A DNA stretch of 59,380 nt, counting the filler. It is 3 parts of 3 records of this genome, joined end to end, with 100 filler letters (N's around TTAATTAATTAA, not from the genome) between each part and the next. Parts side by side here need not be neighbours in the genome. Positions count along the whole stretch, not along the records: positions 1 to 20,245 come from DRR723986_18289; 2 more parts are not named here. One strand, 5' to 3'. Shown in pieces: positions 10,501 to 20,245 of this stretch. The position numbers were made by a program, and so were the translations under genes. Positions within the stretch are counted from its first letter, which is position 1. The number at the start of each line of letters is the position of its first letter. Below the pieces are notes generated by a model. It saw nothing but the letters and a program-made list of their open reading frames with translations, did not search any database and was not told the origin of the DNA.

Positions 10501-12038
10501 AAGTCGCCTGATTCGCGATCCAGCACGACTAGCTCGACCAAAGAACGCTGTTCAATGATACAGAACAGTTTGCCGTCATGGCTGATGGGCGGACCCATGA
10601 AAAAAGCGCCCGTTAGTGGCGAGTTCTTGATTGACGGTGCGTTCTCAAAACTGCCGCCACTGTTCCACGCTACGCCGCCCTCAGACTTAATGTGATAAGC
10701 AGCCAAGAAGTTGGTCGATATTGGTTGCCCACGAAACCCAACTCCCGAAGAGCGATTCGGCAGTTCACGAACTGCGTAGAGATACTCGTCGTCACAACTG
10801 AATCGACCGAAACCGGGAGAGCCCCACACTCGAGAACGCACCTCGGCAGACAGTTCGCCTTGAGCCTCGGCGGTCAACAATCCGGGCGAACCGGTAAGCT
10901 GAACGGCGGCTGCCCAACGGTACATTTCATACTTGCTCAGTCCGGATTCCAGATCAACGGCCAAGATGACATCGTCCGTCGTCTTTGTAAAAACGGTATT
11001 GTTCGCTACCCTCAACTCGAGCCGCGGCAACAAGAAACGCTTCGCCTGCTCATTGGCCTGCCGAAACGAATTCAATCCTGAAAGTTCAATTGAGTTGCTA
11101 TGGATCCGCTTCGACCATCGCACGGTTGGAATGGGAAGTCCGATCTTGGAAATGGCATTGCGATCCAGTGAGCCGCCTGCAGTCGACCAATTCTCTGCCG
11201 GGACAGAAATCTCAACCGGTCGATCCTTGACTGCCGACCGGAGGCGTTGAGCCCAGCCGTCTTCTGTCGAAAGTGGGATTTGCTGTCCGTCCAAGGTAAC
11301 GCTTTGTCCCGGAAACCAATCGCCAGACAGCGTCATGAGCTCGACTGCTCGGGTTTCGCGGCCATTGGCTTGGTGCAGCAGTGCGCAATTGAGTACCAGA
11401 TCGGATCCAAACAGCTTGCGCGCTCTAGGGTAAGCACATAAGCGATCGAGGTGCCGAGTGGCGAGAATTGATTCACCGTCGGCGATCGCGCGAGCTGCCA
11501 ATGCGCCGAAGGCTTTGTATGAAGCATTGGTATGGGGGAAGTTGCGTGCGACCGACGCGAGCGCAGACAAGTCGCGTGACTGCAGTGCTTTTTCCAGTTC
11601 TTGCTGGGCAATAACACCAAACTGCAGCTCAAGAGCCTCGGCTGCTTCTCCAGGCAGCAACGCGAGCAAGCTATCTGCCTCGCGCCGAATTGAGGCTTTC
11701 TTCGGGCTCTTGGAGTCTGGCGTTAGGAAGTAATCCTGCGGTGGGAGCGTGATGACTCCACTGGCAACGTCGCGAGGGACCTCGTCGCACAAAATTTCGT
11801 ACAGAGCTGAGAACGCATCGCTGTACCGGGCGTCGTTTAGCCCTGACTTTCCTTCCGCCAGCAGTCGACTAACGCTACGGGGCGGCTGCATAAAAATATC
11901 TTGGCGAACCGCCCGCTGGCTGAAGATGTTTTGTGCAAAAACTTGCGTCGGACATAGGCATGCAACGACGAGCACGAAAAAGATCGCTCGGTTGTAAACA
12001 CTGCGGGTGGCGTGGCGACTGACCAGTTGTGAATTCAT
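7527..12038 (-). CDS. Large exported PQQ-binding-like beta-propeller/TPR protein
   Basis: About 1500 aa; signal peptide ending VFA-Q; repeated propeller motifs (LDRESGDLLWRQQL, VDLTTRQFLW, LDPWTGKTLW); TPR-like AIQLLRQALDIAP; start 12038 or 12083. Confidence 0.8.
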   Translation of the reverse strand: MNSQLVSRHATRSVYNRAIFFVLVVACLCPTQVFAQNIFSQRAVRQDIFMQPPRSVSRLLAEGKSGLNDARYSDAFSALYEILCDEVPRDVASGVITLPPQDYFLTPDSKSPKKASIRREADSLLALLPGEAAEALELQFGVIAQQELEKALQSRDLSALASVARNFPHTNASYKAFGALAARAIADGESILATRHLDRLCAYPRARKLFGSDLVLNCALLHQANGRETRAVELMTLSGDWFPGQSVTLDGQQIPLSTEDGWAQRLRSAVKDRPVEISVPAENWSTAGGSLDRNAISKIGLPIPTVRWSKRIHSNSIELSGLNSFRQANEQAKRFLLPRLELRVANNTVFTKTTDDVILAVDLESGLSKYEMYRWAAAVQLTGSPGLLTAEAQGELSAEVRSRVWGSPGFGRFSCDDEYLYAVRELPNRSSGVGFRGQPISTNFLAAYHIKSEGGVAWNSGGSFENAPSIKNSPLTGAFFMGPPISHDGKLFCIIEQRSLVELVVLDRESGDLLWRQQLCNSLPRGFGNSSVGKQALSPTISDGVVICPTGRGAVVAVDLTTRQFLWANVYNEMQQATFRGRQSASQPRRLNEVGWQDSRIVVGEGYVAFTPSETEKLFAYDLISGRLVLPGNSRNRARYIGGIHDGEVIVVAEQRTVGFSLQNRRTRIGAEFPNDSHLVGRGIWMGDEMLLPLSDRRVARVKTSTGETLEEVQVDRRLGNLFAYKGQLLVVNESSVNAYFTREALEEDLDAENPSFQQLNRRAQVALANDDPTQAIQLLRQALDIAPGNSESAYNLIQAILDGLDDDYSAFRPIAEEFEHLVSEEQRFKYLRRIVEGDMATGMYREGISRLLQMLDDQLPDTPAPRSAVETYAQLDESHRVDHETWIRTNLVRVYSKLNDTDRQDVDELISQRLPGLAGASIYKRQKLLNYFTSIPAAHGAILRLARDLQKLGEFTRAESFLIPLLSSPDEQIATEVKSLLATPCNGEFRKLTPIGEMVHNRLQATTQPVEEEALIREQLADLKIQWPSGRLEDSIGSQHYQYGSVVRQESQRFGRRPVTVAIHSQSLVLYNANGEMVARPPFVRDLDNSNVAFSRATIHGGLLLVETLTEVAAFDIQRALEVRADSMLWRLSLRNSGRFEPSTVTWGRNKLGQASGKRSLPQQQIAVVGQLTEYGLPLQLANKTLMLDPWTGKTLWSRSDIQGNVRFAVDGERLAVSVHEGNTTVLDARDGTLIDKVKGIADNTPWLVKGKYLLDYQRRYDGSGGLLEEPIDLVAWNPFTGKQHLQIPLVVGSRADVHGRRYATIVSPDNKLHLLDLDAIDEHGDDALKSFNVETNEKIDSVTVERLGDSLLVMSNASDREKPYREVALYRPTAEPDDRQPIHGFVYAIDLNTQELAWSQPAELFNMEFPRIQPRNTPYAVTYFYNEKSRLINLAIIDMRDGTLGFAASFKNLTNRTAPSIVCRSMPAEGSFSVDIDTRNFKFLATDAPRPPQPVVHYKSR

Positions 12039-12045
12039 TGTCCGT

Positions 12046-12075
12046 ATTTTCTTAACTGCAATTTTCTTAACTGCA
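12046..12075. repeat. Perfect 15-bp tandem duplication
   Basis: ATTTTCTTAACTGCA x2. Confidence 0.9.
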
Positions 12076-12136
12076 TACATCATGTCGGGCAGGTTGCAAT
12101 TTCTGGCAGGCTGCGATTAACACGCCTTCCGGGAAG

Positions 12137-13495
12137 CTAATCCCGTTCGGTGAGCGTGATTGATAGTTGCTTTTCATCACCGCTGCGCAGGATCGTAATC
12201 GGAAGAGCTTCTTCGACGGGTGACTGTTGAATCAACTCGACAAATTCACTGGCCGAATCAATCGCTCGGCCACGAAATTCAAGCACGACATCGCCGCGTT
12301 TCAACCCACCTTTATCTGCCGCGTATCCCGGGACTACTTTCTGTACGTAAGCGCCTTTGTTTCCAGGCAATTCCAGTTGTCGGGCCACGGAAAAGGGGAC
12401 ATCGCTCGTGCCCACCCCAGCGTAACCGCGGCGGACGCGACCATGCTGCTCAAGCTCGCTCATGATCCACTTCGCTCGGCTGATTGGAATTGCAAAGCCG
12501 ATTCCTTGAAAGCCGCCGTTGCGAGAGCTTATGGCCGTGTTGATTCCGACGATGTTGCCTTCGAGATCAATTAAAGCTCCACCGGAGTTGCCTGGATTGA
12601 TCGAGGCATCTGTCTGCAAGAACTGACCTGAAACGGTTTTCGAAAGTCGATGCCAACGGTCTGCACCGCTGATGATGCCCGCGCTGACGGAGGATTCGAG
12701 TGCGAATGGGCTACCAATGGCCATCACCCAGTCACCAACAAACAGTTGATCTGAATCACCAAGAGAAGCAGTTGGCAAAGAACTGCCGGAGATTTTCAGG
12801 ATGGCAATGTCGCTTTTCGGATCCGACTGCAGCACTCGGGCCGTGTACGCTCGGCTGTCTGACAACCTTACTTGGATTCTGGCGGCGTCGGCAATAACAT
12901 GGTGGTTCGTCAAGACCGTGCCGTCTGCACGAACAATCACACCGGAGCCAACTCCGTCGAAGGTGCGATTGAGGACGTCGCGTATCGACTTTTCGTCATC
13001 CCCCTCTTTCTTCGAGGCGGTCTTGATCATCACGACACTCGGTAGCGCCTTCTCGGCCGCGAAGCGAAATGCCTTCGAAAGCGAACGAGCACTGGCGATG
13101 GCGGACTTCATTTCACTGGCTGACGTACCAGAATCGTCCGCACTGTTCAGCGCCGACGATGTGTCTCTCTCAGAGGTGTCGGGCGTGTCGTTCGGGGATT
13201 GCTCGGATTGCGTTTCTCCTGCAGCGGCAGAGTCGGTGGACTTCGATGCGTTGCTTGCTGGGACTGGAGCGTATGCGTCTGCGGACGTAACTCGCTTGAC
13301 CTTCACTTGAGAGGCCGCCTCGGCTGCACCTGCTTTCTCCTCCGCGGTTGATTTTTCAGCGCCAACTGGCTTCTCGGCCAACTCTGTGGACTGCCCAAAA
13401 GCAAGGCTGCCCGACAGGACAAATAGGCAGGTCGCCGGCGCGATTGATGCTCTTAATGCCGCGCTAAAAAGATTGGGATCCATTCTGTGCTCCAT
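12137..13495 (-). CDS. htrA: HtrA/DegP-family trypsin-like serine protease with one PDZ domain
   Basis: GSGVIV, TNHHV, SDIAILK, QTDASINPGNSGG; C-terminal PDZ; signal peptide and low-complexity linker. Confidence 0.93.
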   Translation of the reverse strand: MEHRMDPNLFSAALRASIAPATCLFVLSGSLAFGQSTELAEKPVGAEKSTAEEKAGAAEAASQVKVKRVTSADAYAPVPASNASKSTDSAAAGETQSEQSPNDTPDTSERDTSSALNSADDSGTSASEMKSAIASARSLSKAFRFAAEKALPSVVMIKTASKKEGDDEKSIRDVLNRTFDGVGSGVIVRADGTVLTNHHVIADAARIQVRLSDSRAYTARVLQSDPKSDIAILKISGSSLPTASLGDSDQLFVGDWVMAIGSPFALESSVSAGIISGADRWHRLSKTVSGQFLQTDASINPGNSGGALIDLEGNIVGINTAISSRNGGFQGIGFAIPISRAKWIMSELEQHGRVRRGYAGVGTSDVPFSVARQLELPGNKGAYVQKVVPGYAADKGGLKRGDVVLEFRGRAIDSASEFVELIQQSPVEEALPITILRSGDEKQLSITLTERD

Positions 13496-13770
13496 CGAAT
13501 ATCGTATCCACTCAACGCCATCGCATTCGAAGTAACTTCGCTGACCGTTGAGGGGGGAGGTAAGTCTACGTGAGTATTGTAGCGTGGTAACAGTGGGCGG
13601 GTCGAACGCTTAAATCCGTCGCGATCTATTCGCTCCGATTAGGAGCAATCCATCAAAGTGGCGAAGTGACGCCGCGGTATGCACTTCACGCATCTGCCCT
13701 TTGTCGAATCGCGGCAATGGTGCCTTGCGGTACTGGACAATCTCGAAACTGGTCAATCGCGCAGGGCGAA

Positions 13771-16530
13771 TCAAGCGTGCGGGTCTTCGGGCCAAGCGTG
13801 TTTTGGGTAGCGACCTCGCAGTTCCTTGCGGACGGACGGATAAGTATTCGCCCAGAAACTCTCCAAGCTGTCAGTGATTTGTTGGCAGCGGCCGTTGGGG
13901 GCAAGCAGATGAAAGAGCAAACCCGACTTTCCGCCCGCCAGCCGAGGTGTAGTCTTCCATCCGAACAATTCTTGTATACGAGCGGCGAGGATGGGAGGTT
14001 TGCCAGGTTCGTAGCTGAGTAGAACGTTGCGACCTGTTGGCAGCTTGATGCTCTTCGGTGCGTGGTTGTCCAATCCACGGACAGCCTCGACACCTAAGAT
14101 TCCTGAAATGACGTCTCTCCAGGGAAGATTTGCTACTTCGTCGAAGCTTCTCAACCCGATACACCACGGCACAAGCTCGTCCTGCAGTCGCTCCTCAGAA
14201 AGATCCAGCGCTGCAAACTCGCTTCCCTGGACACTTAGCCACCTGGCTCTCTGTAGCGTTTGGTGCAGCTCCTTGTCCTTGGGCGGCAGGACAGCGTCCA
14301 ACCGCCGAGCAACTTCCTTCGCAAGCGTTCGCGCAGTCTGCTCGTCTGCTGGTGTCTCAGTCGGGTGCTCGTCGATCAACAGATCAAACCAATATGTGCG
14401 TCGCCGAGAAGAGACAGCCTTAGCCGACGGATTGAAGAACCGTTCGACTACTTCCCGTCGCGGCGCACCATCCAACCAGTCTTCACGTATGGCAACCGCC
14501 TTGCGAACCCTAGCCTCACTACCGCGGCTGTCAGCATCCAGGCACAAGAAATACTCAGCTCGATCGACGCAGCTTTGCGGCTCCAACTTCACACCTCGGC
14601 CACCAACCATCACTCCGCGAGGATCTGCATGTTTTCTACGGCGAGCGACTCGGTCCGGGAATGCCCGGAACAGTGCATATTGCAAAGGCGATTCTGAAAC
14701 ACTCTGTTGCTTCGAATCCGCGTCAATCTCGAGTAGTGCCCTGATTGCGGCTTCATCGTCCGGCGCTGCACTTCGGACCTCTCGGGCAAGCTGCTCCGCC
14801 GCGCGGCGGACTTGATGCATCGCCGCTCGGTCCACGTCCGAGTCAGCCTCTGGGTGTGCATCGGATCTAAACAATCGGACGCGTCGATCGATATCGCACT
14901 CCAGCGCCGACTGCGACCTGTCGTTGCGGCCCGTATCGCGACGGCTCGGGCTGCCGCGTGAGGCGTTGCGAATGGTCCCAGGGTGCTTCCGCATTTGCTT
15001 GAGCACGTCACGTTCGGACAGTATCGCAGCCGCCGAAGCCGCTTCCTCCGTGATTCCCAATGCCTGGCCAACGAGCATGCACATCGCCAGGGCTGGATGG
15101 GTCGGCAATCGCGATAGCAACTGTCCCAAATTGGTGACTCGCGGCAACACTCCAGGTTCAGACTGCATGCTTTCCGGGGCCACCCCCTTGGCATCGCCGC
15201 CCACCGTCGGCGGAGCTAGAGCGCCCAAGCGGATCAGGCGCGTTATTGCCGAAGAGACGGAATCCTGGCGAGGAGCCGTTAGCCAGCCAAATTCGATCGC
15301 GTTGCTCTCGCCCCAGCAGGCCAGTTGGAGGCAGACCGAGGACAGTTCGACTCGCAATATCTCCGGGTCGAGCTGCTTCGGGCGACTGCGTCCGGTAATC
15401 TCATCCCACAGACGATAGCAACTGCCCGCCTTCGTCCGACCAGCTCGTCCAGCCCTCTGGTCAGCCGAAGCGATTGATATCGGCTCAAGTTCCAAGCGGT
15501 TCAATCCAGCTCGGTCATCAACGCGTTGAACGCGAGCGTAGCCTGAATCAACGACAGTCGTGACTCCGTCAATGGTAAGCGACGTTTCAGCGACGTTGGT
15601 CGCGAGGATTAGCCTGGCGGATCCGGTGTGATCAAGAACACTCGACTGCTCCTTGGGTGACTGCGATCCGTAGAGTTGGAATAGGGCGACACCGCTTTTT
15701 TCAGCAGCCGCACGAATCGCCTCAGCCACACGACGGATTTCACCAACGCCCGGCAAAAAAGCAAGGATGTCTCCGCGATGCTGATCGTCCTGCGCTGGAG
15801 AGCCGCCAGGCACTTCTCTGCAGAGCAATTCCTTCAGTTTTCCAGCCATGCTATCGACGATCTGGGTCGACAGATTGGGCCTTTTGCTACCACCTGCCGA
15901 AGCGTGGCGGCTCCGGTGTCGTTCGTAGTGTATCTTTACCGGATAAGTAATGCCGGAAGCTCGAACGACCTGGCAGTTGGGCAGATACTCCTCAAGTGCG
16001 TCAGTTTCGATCGTCGCGCTCATGATGACGATGCGCAGATCTTCGCGAAGGCCACACTGGATATTGCGGGCCATCCCCAGTAGTTGGTCGTACTCTAGTG
16101 ACCGTTCGTGGAATTCATCCAGGATGATGCAACTAACATCCTCCAACACCGGATCACTTTGCAATCGCCGCAGCAGGATTCCAGGCGTCATGCAAATCAA
16201 TTGTGTCGACTCGCCAATCCGATTGTCGAATCGGACTTGATAGCCAACTTCTCGGCCGAGCGCAACACCTTGTTCGGCGGCGATCCGCGCCGCTGCGGTG
16301 CGAGCGGCGATGCGTCGCGGCTGGACTAAGATCGTTTTGCTGGCTGAGGCATTGGGCTGGGCGGTTGCATTCGGCAAGCTTGCCGCGAATGGGGCAACTC
16401 GAGTTGTCTTTCCCGTCCCGGGCGGAGCATGCAGCAGGAGGTTTGGGGATGCTTCAAGGGCTCGTTTGATCTCAGGGAGCGCTTCGTCGATTGGAAGCTT
16501 GAGTGAAGGAGGTTGAAAAGAGAAATTCAC
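13771..16530 (-). CDS. hrpB: ATP-dependent RNA helicase HrpB
   Basis: APPGTGKTT, PRRIAAR, DEFHERS, MSAT, ATNVAETSLTI, QRAGRAGR; C-terminal ELRGRYPKHAWPEDP. Confidence 0.96.
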   Translation of the reverse strand: MNFSFQPPSLKLPIDEALPEIKRALEASPNLLLHAPPGTGKTTRVAPFAASLPNATAQPNASASKTILVQPRRIAARTAAARIAAEQGVALGREVGYQVRFDNRIGESTQLICMTPGILLRRLQSDPVLEDVSCIILDEFHERSLEYDQLLGMARNIQCGLREDLRIVIMSATIETDALEEYLPNCQVVRASGITYPVKIHYERHRSRHASAGGSKRPNLSTQIVDSMAGKLKELLCREVPGGSPAQDDQHRGDILAFLPGVGEIRRVAEAIRAAAEKSGVALFQLYGSQSPKEQSSVLDHTGSARLILATNVAETSLTIDGVTTVVDSGYARVQRVDDRAGLNRLELEPISIASADQRAGRAGRTKAGSCYRLWDEITGRSRPKQLDPEILRVELSSVCLQLACWGESNAIEFGWLTAPRQDSVSSAITRLIRLGALAPPTVGGDAKGVAPESMQSEPGVLPRVTNLGQLLSRLPTHPALAMCMLVGQALGITEEAASAAAILSERDVLKQMRKHPGTIRNASRGSPSRRDTGRNDRSQSALECDIDRRVRLFRSDAHPEADSDVDRAAMHQVRRAAEQLAREVRSAAPDDEAAIRALLEIDADSKQQSVSESPLQYALFRAFPDRVARRRKHADPRGVMVGGRGVKLEPQSCVDRAEYFLCLDADSRGSEARVRKAVAIREDWLDGAPRREVVERFFNPSAKAVSSRRRTYWFDLLIDEHPTETPADEQTARTLAKEVARRLDAVLPPKDKELHQTLQRARWLSVQGSEFAALDLSEERLQDELVPWCIGLRSFDEVANLPWRDVISGILGVEAVRGLDNHAPKSIKLPTGRNVLLSYEPGKPPILAARIQELFGWKTTPRLAGGKSGLLFHLLAPNGRCQQITDSLESFWANTYPSVRKELRGRYPKHAWPEDPHA

Positions 16531-16663
16531 GAGCGATTAACCAGACAAGACCAAGTGCGATTGAGCGTCCGAATTCGAGCGGCACGGACTTATTGCGTAT
16601 GAAATCCAATGCCATTGCGTGGGCAACGAAGCGGAAAGACGCTAAACGATACCGCGAACCGCA

Positions 16664-17167
16664 CTAGATGCGATCTTGGCTGGAATCTGCTCGCCCTAAA
16701 TTACCGCGCCCTGAATCACCGCGTCTCGAATCACTTGGGCCTGTGTCGACTCCGCTTGATTTGGATCGACGATCTGGCATCGTCCAACCGTACGAGTCGC
16801 TGAGCACGCGTTCGACCTTGTGAGTCAAATCACGCAGCTTAAACGGCTTTGAGAGAACTCCGGCCGTTTCGAGCGCACTTGCTCGCTGCACGATCTCTTC
16901 ATCCAAGAGTGCACTCATCAGAATACACGGTAGCGAAACTGCGGCCTGGCGAATCTGCCCCAAGGCCTCCAGACCGGTTAGCCGCGGCATGTGTACGTCG
17001 AGTAAAACGAGATGGAAGTCACCGCTACCAAGGACGAACTCGATCGCCTCCTGGCCATCGGCGGCCAGATAAGTCGAATAGCCGCGGCGGTTAAATACTT
17101 CAGCCAGGGACTCACGAAAATCGCGGTCGTCATCGGCAATTAGTAATCGAGGCAGAGTCATCGGCAT
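16664..17167 (-). CDS. Single-domain response regulator with low-complexity tail
   Basis: LLIADDD, LLDVHMPRLTG (phospho-Asp), MSA, SKPF. Confidence 0.92.
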   Translation of the reverse strand: MPMTLPRLLIADDDRDFRESLAEVFNRRGYSTYLAADGQEAIEFVLGSGDFHLVLLDVHMPRLTGLEALGQIRQAAVSLPCILMSALLDEEIVQRASALETAGVLSKPFKLRDLTHKVERVLSDSYGWTMPDRRSKSSGVDTGPSDSRRGDSGRGNLGRADSSQDRI

Positions 17168-17230
17168 GACTTCGCTCCACGTTCTGGCATAAATCCCTTT
17201 TGACAGTTATCCAACTGCCATAACCATCGC

Positions 17231-17246
17231 AGCACGTCGTGTGCCA
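17231..17246 (-). promoter_or_regulatory. Putative sigma-54 promoter for the response regulator
   Basis: Minus strand TGGCACACGACGTGCT, with GG and GC at the exact -24/-12 spacing, about 65 nt upstream of the start. Confidence 0.6.
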
Positions 17247-17477
17247 CTGAAAGACCAGCTCAACCACATTCGCTCAAAAGTGACGGATTCTGCGGTAACT
17301 TCGTCGGTCTCGGTGTGCTGACCCAATTATGGCCGTTTTCTGGACACATTAGAAGACCGACTTGGCATGTAAAACAACTGGCTCATTGCCTAAAAACTTG
17401 ACGTTCTGACAGGCCGGCGACTAGTCTATGACGGTAGATGTCTCGTCATTTCAAATGAATCGCACTGAGTCCGGCAC

Positions 17478-17726
17478 ATGCTCTTTCCGCTAATATTTTG
17501 GTTTTCAGTCATCGGTGGCCTGATCATCGCAACCATCGTTGTTGCCATGATGGAGAAGAAGGCTGCACAGAAGGCTCGTGCCAGCATGGCTCCTCAACCG
17601 CTTGGAGAAGATCCTGGTTTAGGCGGCGAAATGCCCGCTGAAGAGGGGTTCGGCGGCGATGACTTCGCAGCCGACGATGGCTTCGGTGAGGTTGATTCTT
17701 TCGGCGAAGTCGAAGAGCTCAAGTAG
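17478..17726 (+). CDS. Small single-pass membrane protein with acidic tail
   Basis: Hydrophobic residues 1-24, then D/E/G/F-rich repeats. Confidence 0.7.
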   Translation: MLFPLIFWFSVIGGLIIATIVVAMMEKKAAQKARASMAPQPLGEDPGLGGEMPAEEGFGGDDFAADDGFGEVDSFGEVEELK

Positions 17727-18042
17727 CTCTTGCGATCCAAGGTGATCGGTTCGGCTTGGCCGGATCTCGATAAAGCGGTCGCGCCGTCTTGAAAAACGTG
17801 CTACCCACCCAGTTGTAGGTGTGGCCTTACTCGCACAGCCAACCAACATCTTTCAAGAACATCTCTTTCAGCATCGTGACGATCTTGAGGGCCGATTCGG
17901 CGTCAGTGCGCCTTAGTGTCCAACCTCTCTGGTGATTTGCAAATTCGGAGAACGGGGATCAAAATAAGGGATTCCCACCAAACTAAACCTACGGGCCTTC
18001 CTGCGCCGATGCGCCGCGTCCTCCTCCATCCTGAGACACACC

Positions 18043-19287
18043 ATGAATACAAAACTCTTTACGGTTCTCGCGCTCGCCTGCTGTGCGGCGTTTGGGCTGT
18101 CCCAACAATCCTTTGCACAGTCTGCGAACCAATCCACGGACAACCAGCCCGGCAAAGCGATTCAGGAAACCAAGGCTGCCGGTGAAAGCAACGCCAAGCC
18201 AGTACAAGACGCCGCGTCTGTGTCCAACGATTCTGAGCCCAAAGACGCTGAGCCCAAGGACACTGCGGCGGACGGCGAGGGTGATCAAAAGGCTGGTGGC
18301 GAAGCGACCGGTAGTGAAGAAGCCGTGAAACAGGACTTTCCACCGGAGCCCAAAGCCACCAAAGTTCCCAAGAATAATGCTGACTACGATTTGCTTGGTG
18401 AGTTCGTTGGGTCGATCAAAGTTGGCGATGCCGAGCAAATGGCGGGATTGCAAGTTCGTCCGCTCGGAGGTGGTAAGTTCGAAGCACTAATGTTCAAAGG
18501 GGGCGTTCCCGGCGCAGGCGCTGAACAAAGTAGTGCATTGCAGATGGTTGGAGCGCGATTTGGCAAGTCGATCGTCCTTTCTGGGGCAGCCAACGCCGTA
18601 TTCTTGTCCTCTGACAAAGCAACGGTGGTTAGCCCTGCTGGCGAACAGCTTGGTACGCTCGAGCGACTAGAGCGCGTTAGCCCAACCATGGGAGCAAAAC
18701 CACCCGCGGGAGCAACGGTTCTATTCGATGGTTCGAGCATGGAACACTTTACGACCGGCTCCATGACTCAGGATGGCCTCTTGAAGGCTGGTGCAGACGT
18801 GAAGCCAATGTTCCAGGACTTCAACATGCATGTCGAGTTTCGATTGCCCTACATGCCAAACGCCCTTGATCAAGCTCGCGGCAACAGCGGTTGCTATCTG
18901 CAAAGTCGCTACGAAGTACAGGTGCTCGACTCCTTTGCTACCATGCCTGTATTCAACGGATGCAGCAGTTTGTATCGGTTCAAGCCTGCTGATGTGAACA
19001 TGTGCTTGCCACCATTGCGTTGGCAGACCTATGACATCGCCTTCACTGCCGCTCGTTGGGCTTCCGATGGCACCAAGATTCGAAACGCTCACATTACGGT
19101 ATGGCACAACGGTGTCAAAACGCAGGACAACGTTGAATTGCCCAATAAGACTGGTGCTGGCGCGAAAGAGGAACCGACTCTGCTGCCAATTCGCTTCCAG
19201 AATCACAAGGACCCAGTTCGGTTCCGCAATATCTGGATTGTCGACCGTGGTCTGGCCACTTCGAATGAATTTCCCGTGCTGCCATAA
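18043..19287 (+). CDS. DUF1080 (3-keto-disaccharide hydrolase fold) exported protein
   Basis: Signal peptide; VLFDG, HVEFR, RGNSG, YEVQVLDS, WQTYDI, FQNHKDPVRFRNIWI. Confidence 0.92.
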   Translation: MNTKLFTVLALACCAAFGLSQQSFAQSANQSTDNQPGKAIQETKAAGESNAKPVQDAASVSNDSEPKDAEPKDTAADGEGDQKAGGEATGSEEAVKQDFPPEPKATKVPKNNADYDLLGEFVGSIKVGDAEQMAGLQVRPLGGGKFEALMFKGGVPGAGAEQSSALQMVGARFGKSIVLSGAANAVFLSSDKATVVSPAGEQLGTLERLERVSPTMGAKPPAGATVLFDGSSMEHFTTGSMTQDGLLKAGADVKPMFQDFNMHVEFRLPYMPNALDQARGNSGCYLQSRYEVQVLDSFATMPVFNGCSSLYRFKPADVNMCLPPLRWQTYDIAFTAARWASDGTKIRNAHITVWHNGVKTQDNVELPNKTGAGAKEEPTLLPIRFQNHKDPVRFRNIWIVDRGLATSNEFPVLP

Positions 19288-19446
19288 CTGGCTCGCACGA
19301 ATTGCCTGATGCGAATCCGCACAATGGGTTATGATGCGTTGCAGTAGCGGGGATTGGGACGCCCAAATTCTTGCGTTCGATTGGTTGTCGCGCTTGATGT
19401 TAGCACGACAATGCGAAGCATCAGGCAGGCACGGAGTAAATCGGCA

Positions 19447-20187
19447 ATGCGAGCATTCAACAAAGTGTTTGTTGTCGCAATGCCTCGCTGTGCAACCGTA
19501 ACGATGTCCGATGCGCTCGGCATGCTGGGGATTCGCACTGCTCACCTGGGACGAATCTACGGCGAATTGTCCAGCGAACACAACGATCCTAAACGTCTCG
19601 CTCGTGTCTACGAACAGATGCAGGCAGACGATTATGACTTTGATCTTCTCAAGTTGTGTGATGGTCTGGCGGACTACCCCGTCTGTTGTTTGGACGTTGT
19701 TCGTCGGCTCGATCTGGCCTTTCCGGGCAGCCTTTTCATTAACGTCACTCGCGGCGAAAACCTACAGCGGTGGATTCAGTCTGTTGAGCGTCAATTTGTC
19801 GGTCTCCAGCTAATCAAATCTGGCCAAGAATCCTCTCCGCTCGACAGGCAATTCATGGAAGTGATGCTTGCCATGCGGGAGCAGACGTTTGGCGCCGCGA
19901 AGTTCTCTGCTCAGCCGTACTTGGATGCCTACAGGCGCTATCAATCGCAGTTGGCGGAGCACTTCGATGGCCGTGATGATTTTCTCACCTGCGAGCTGTC
20001 CGAATTGGCTCAACGCGGGTTTGAAATCCTCGAGTCCTTCCTGGATTGTCCAGCGGCATCTGGCGGACGAGATTTTCCGAACAGCAATCAACACAGCAAT
20101 CGTCCCTACCAAGCGTTTATGGCCGCCTTGGCAGATGGAAGCTTGGAATCACAGACCGGAATTACGCCGATTCTTGCCCCAAAATGA
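19447..20187 (+). CDS. Sulfotransferase-family protein
   Basis: KVFVVAMPRCATVTMSDALGMLG resembles KVxxxGxPRTGTxS..AL..LG; ADYP, FPGSLFINVTR...WIQS; GGAG upstream of ATG 19447. Confidence 0.65.
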   Translation: MRAFNKVFVVAMPRCATVTMSDALGMLGIRTAHLGRIYGELSSEHNDPKRLARVYEQMQADDYDFDLLKLCDGLADYPVCCLDVVRRLDLAFPGSLFINVTRGENLQRWIQSVERQFVGLQLIKSGQESSPLDRQFMEVMLAMREQTFGAAKFSAQPYLDAYRRYQSQLAEHFDGRDDFLTCELSELAQRGFEILESFLDCPAASGGRDFPNSNQHSNRPYQAFMAALADGSLESQTGITPILAPK

Positions 20188-20245
20188 GCCCTAGTGCGAG
20201 TCGCACGGACGTATCGCGTTTGATATCCAATGAATTACGGGGTCA

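Noticed and set aside
18721-19581. Long antisense ORFs (286 aa here; also 14027-14815)
   Set aside because: Shadow frames of well-supported genes, with no motifs
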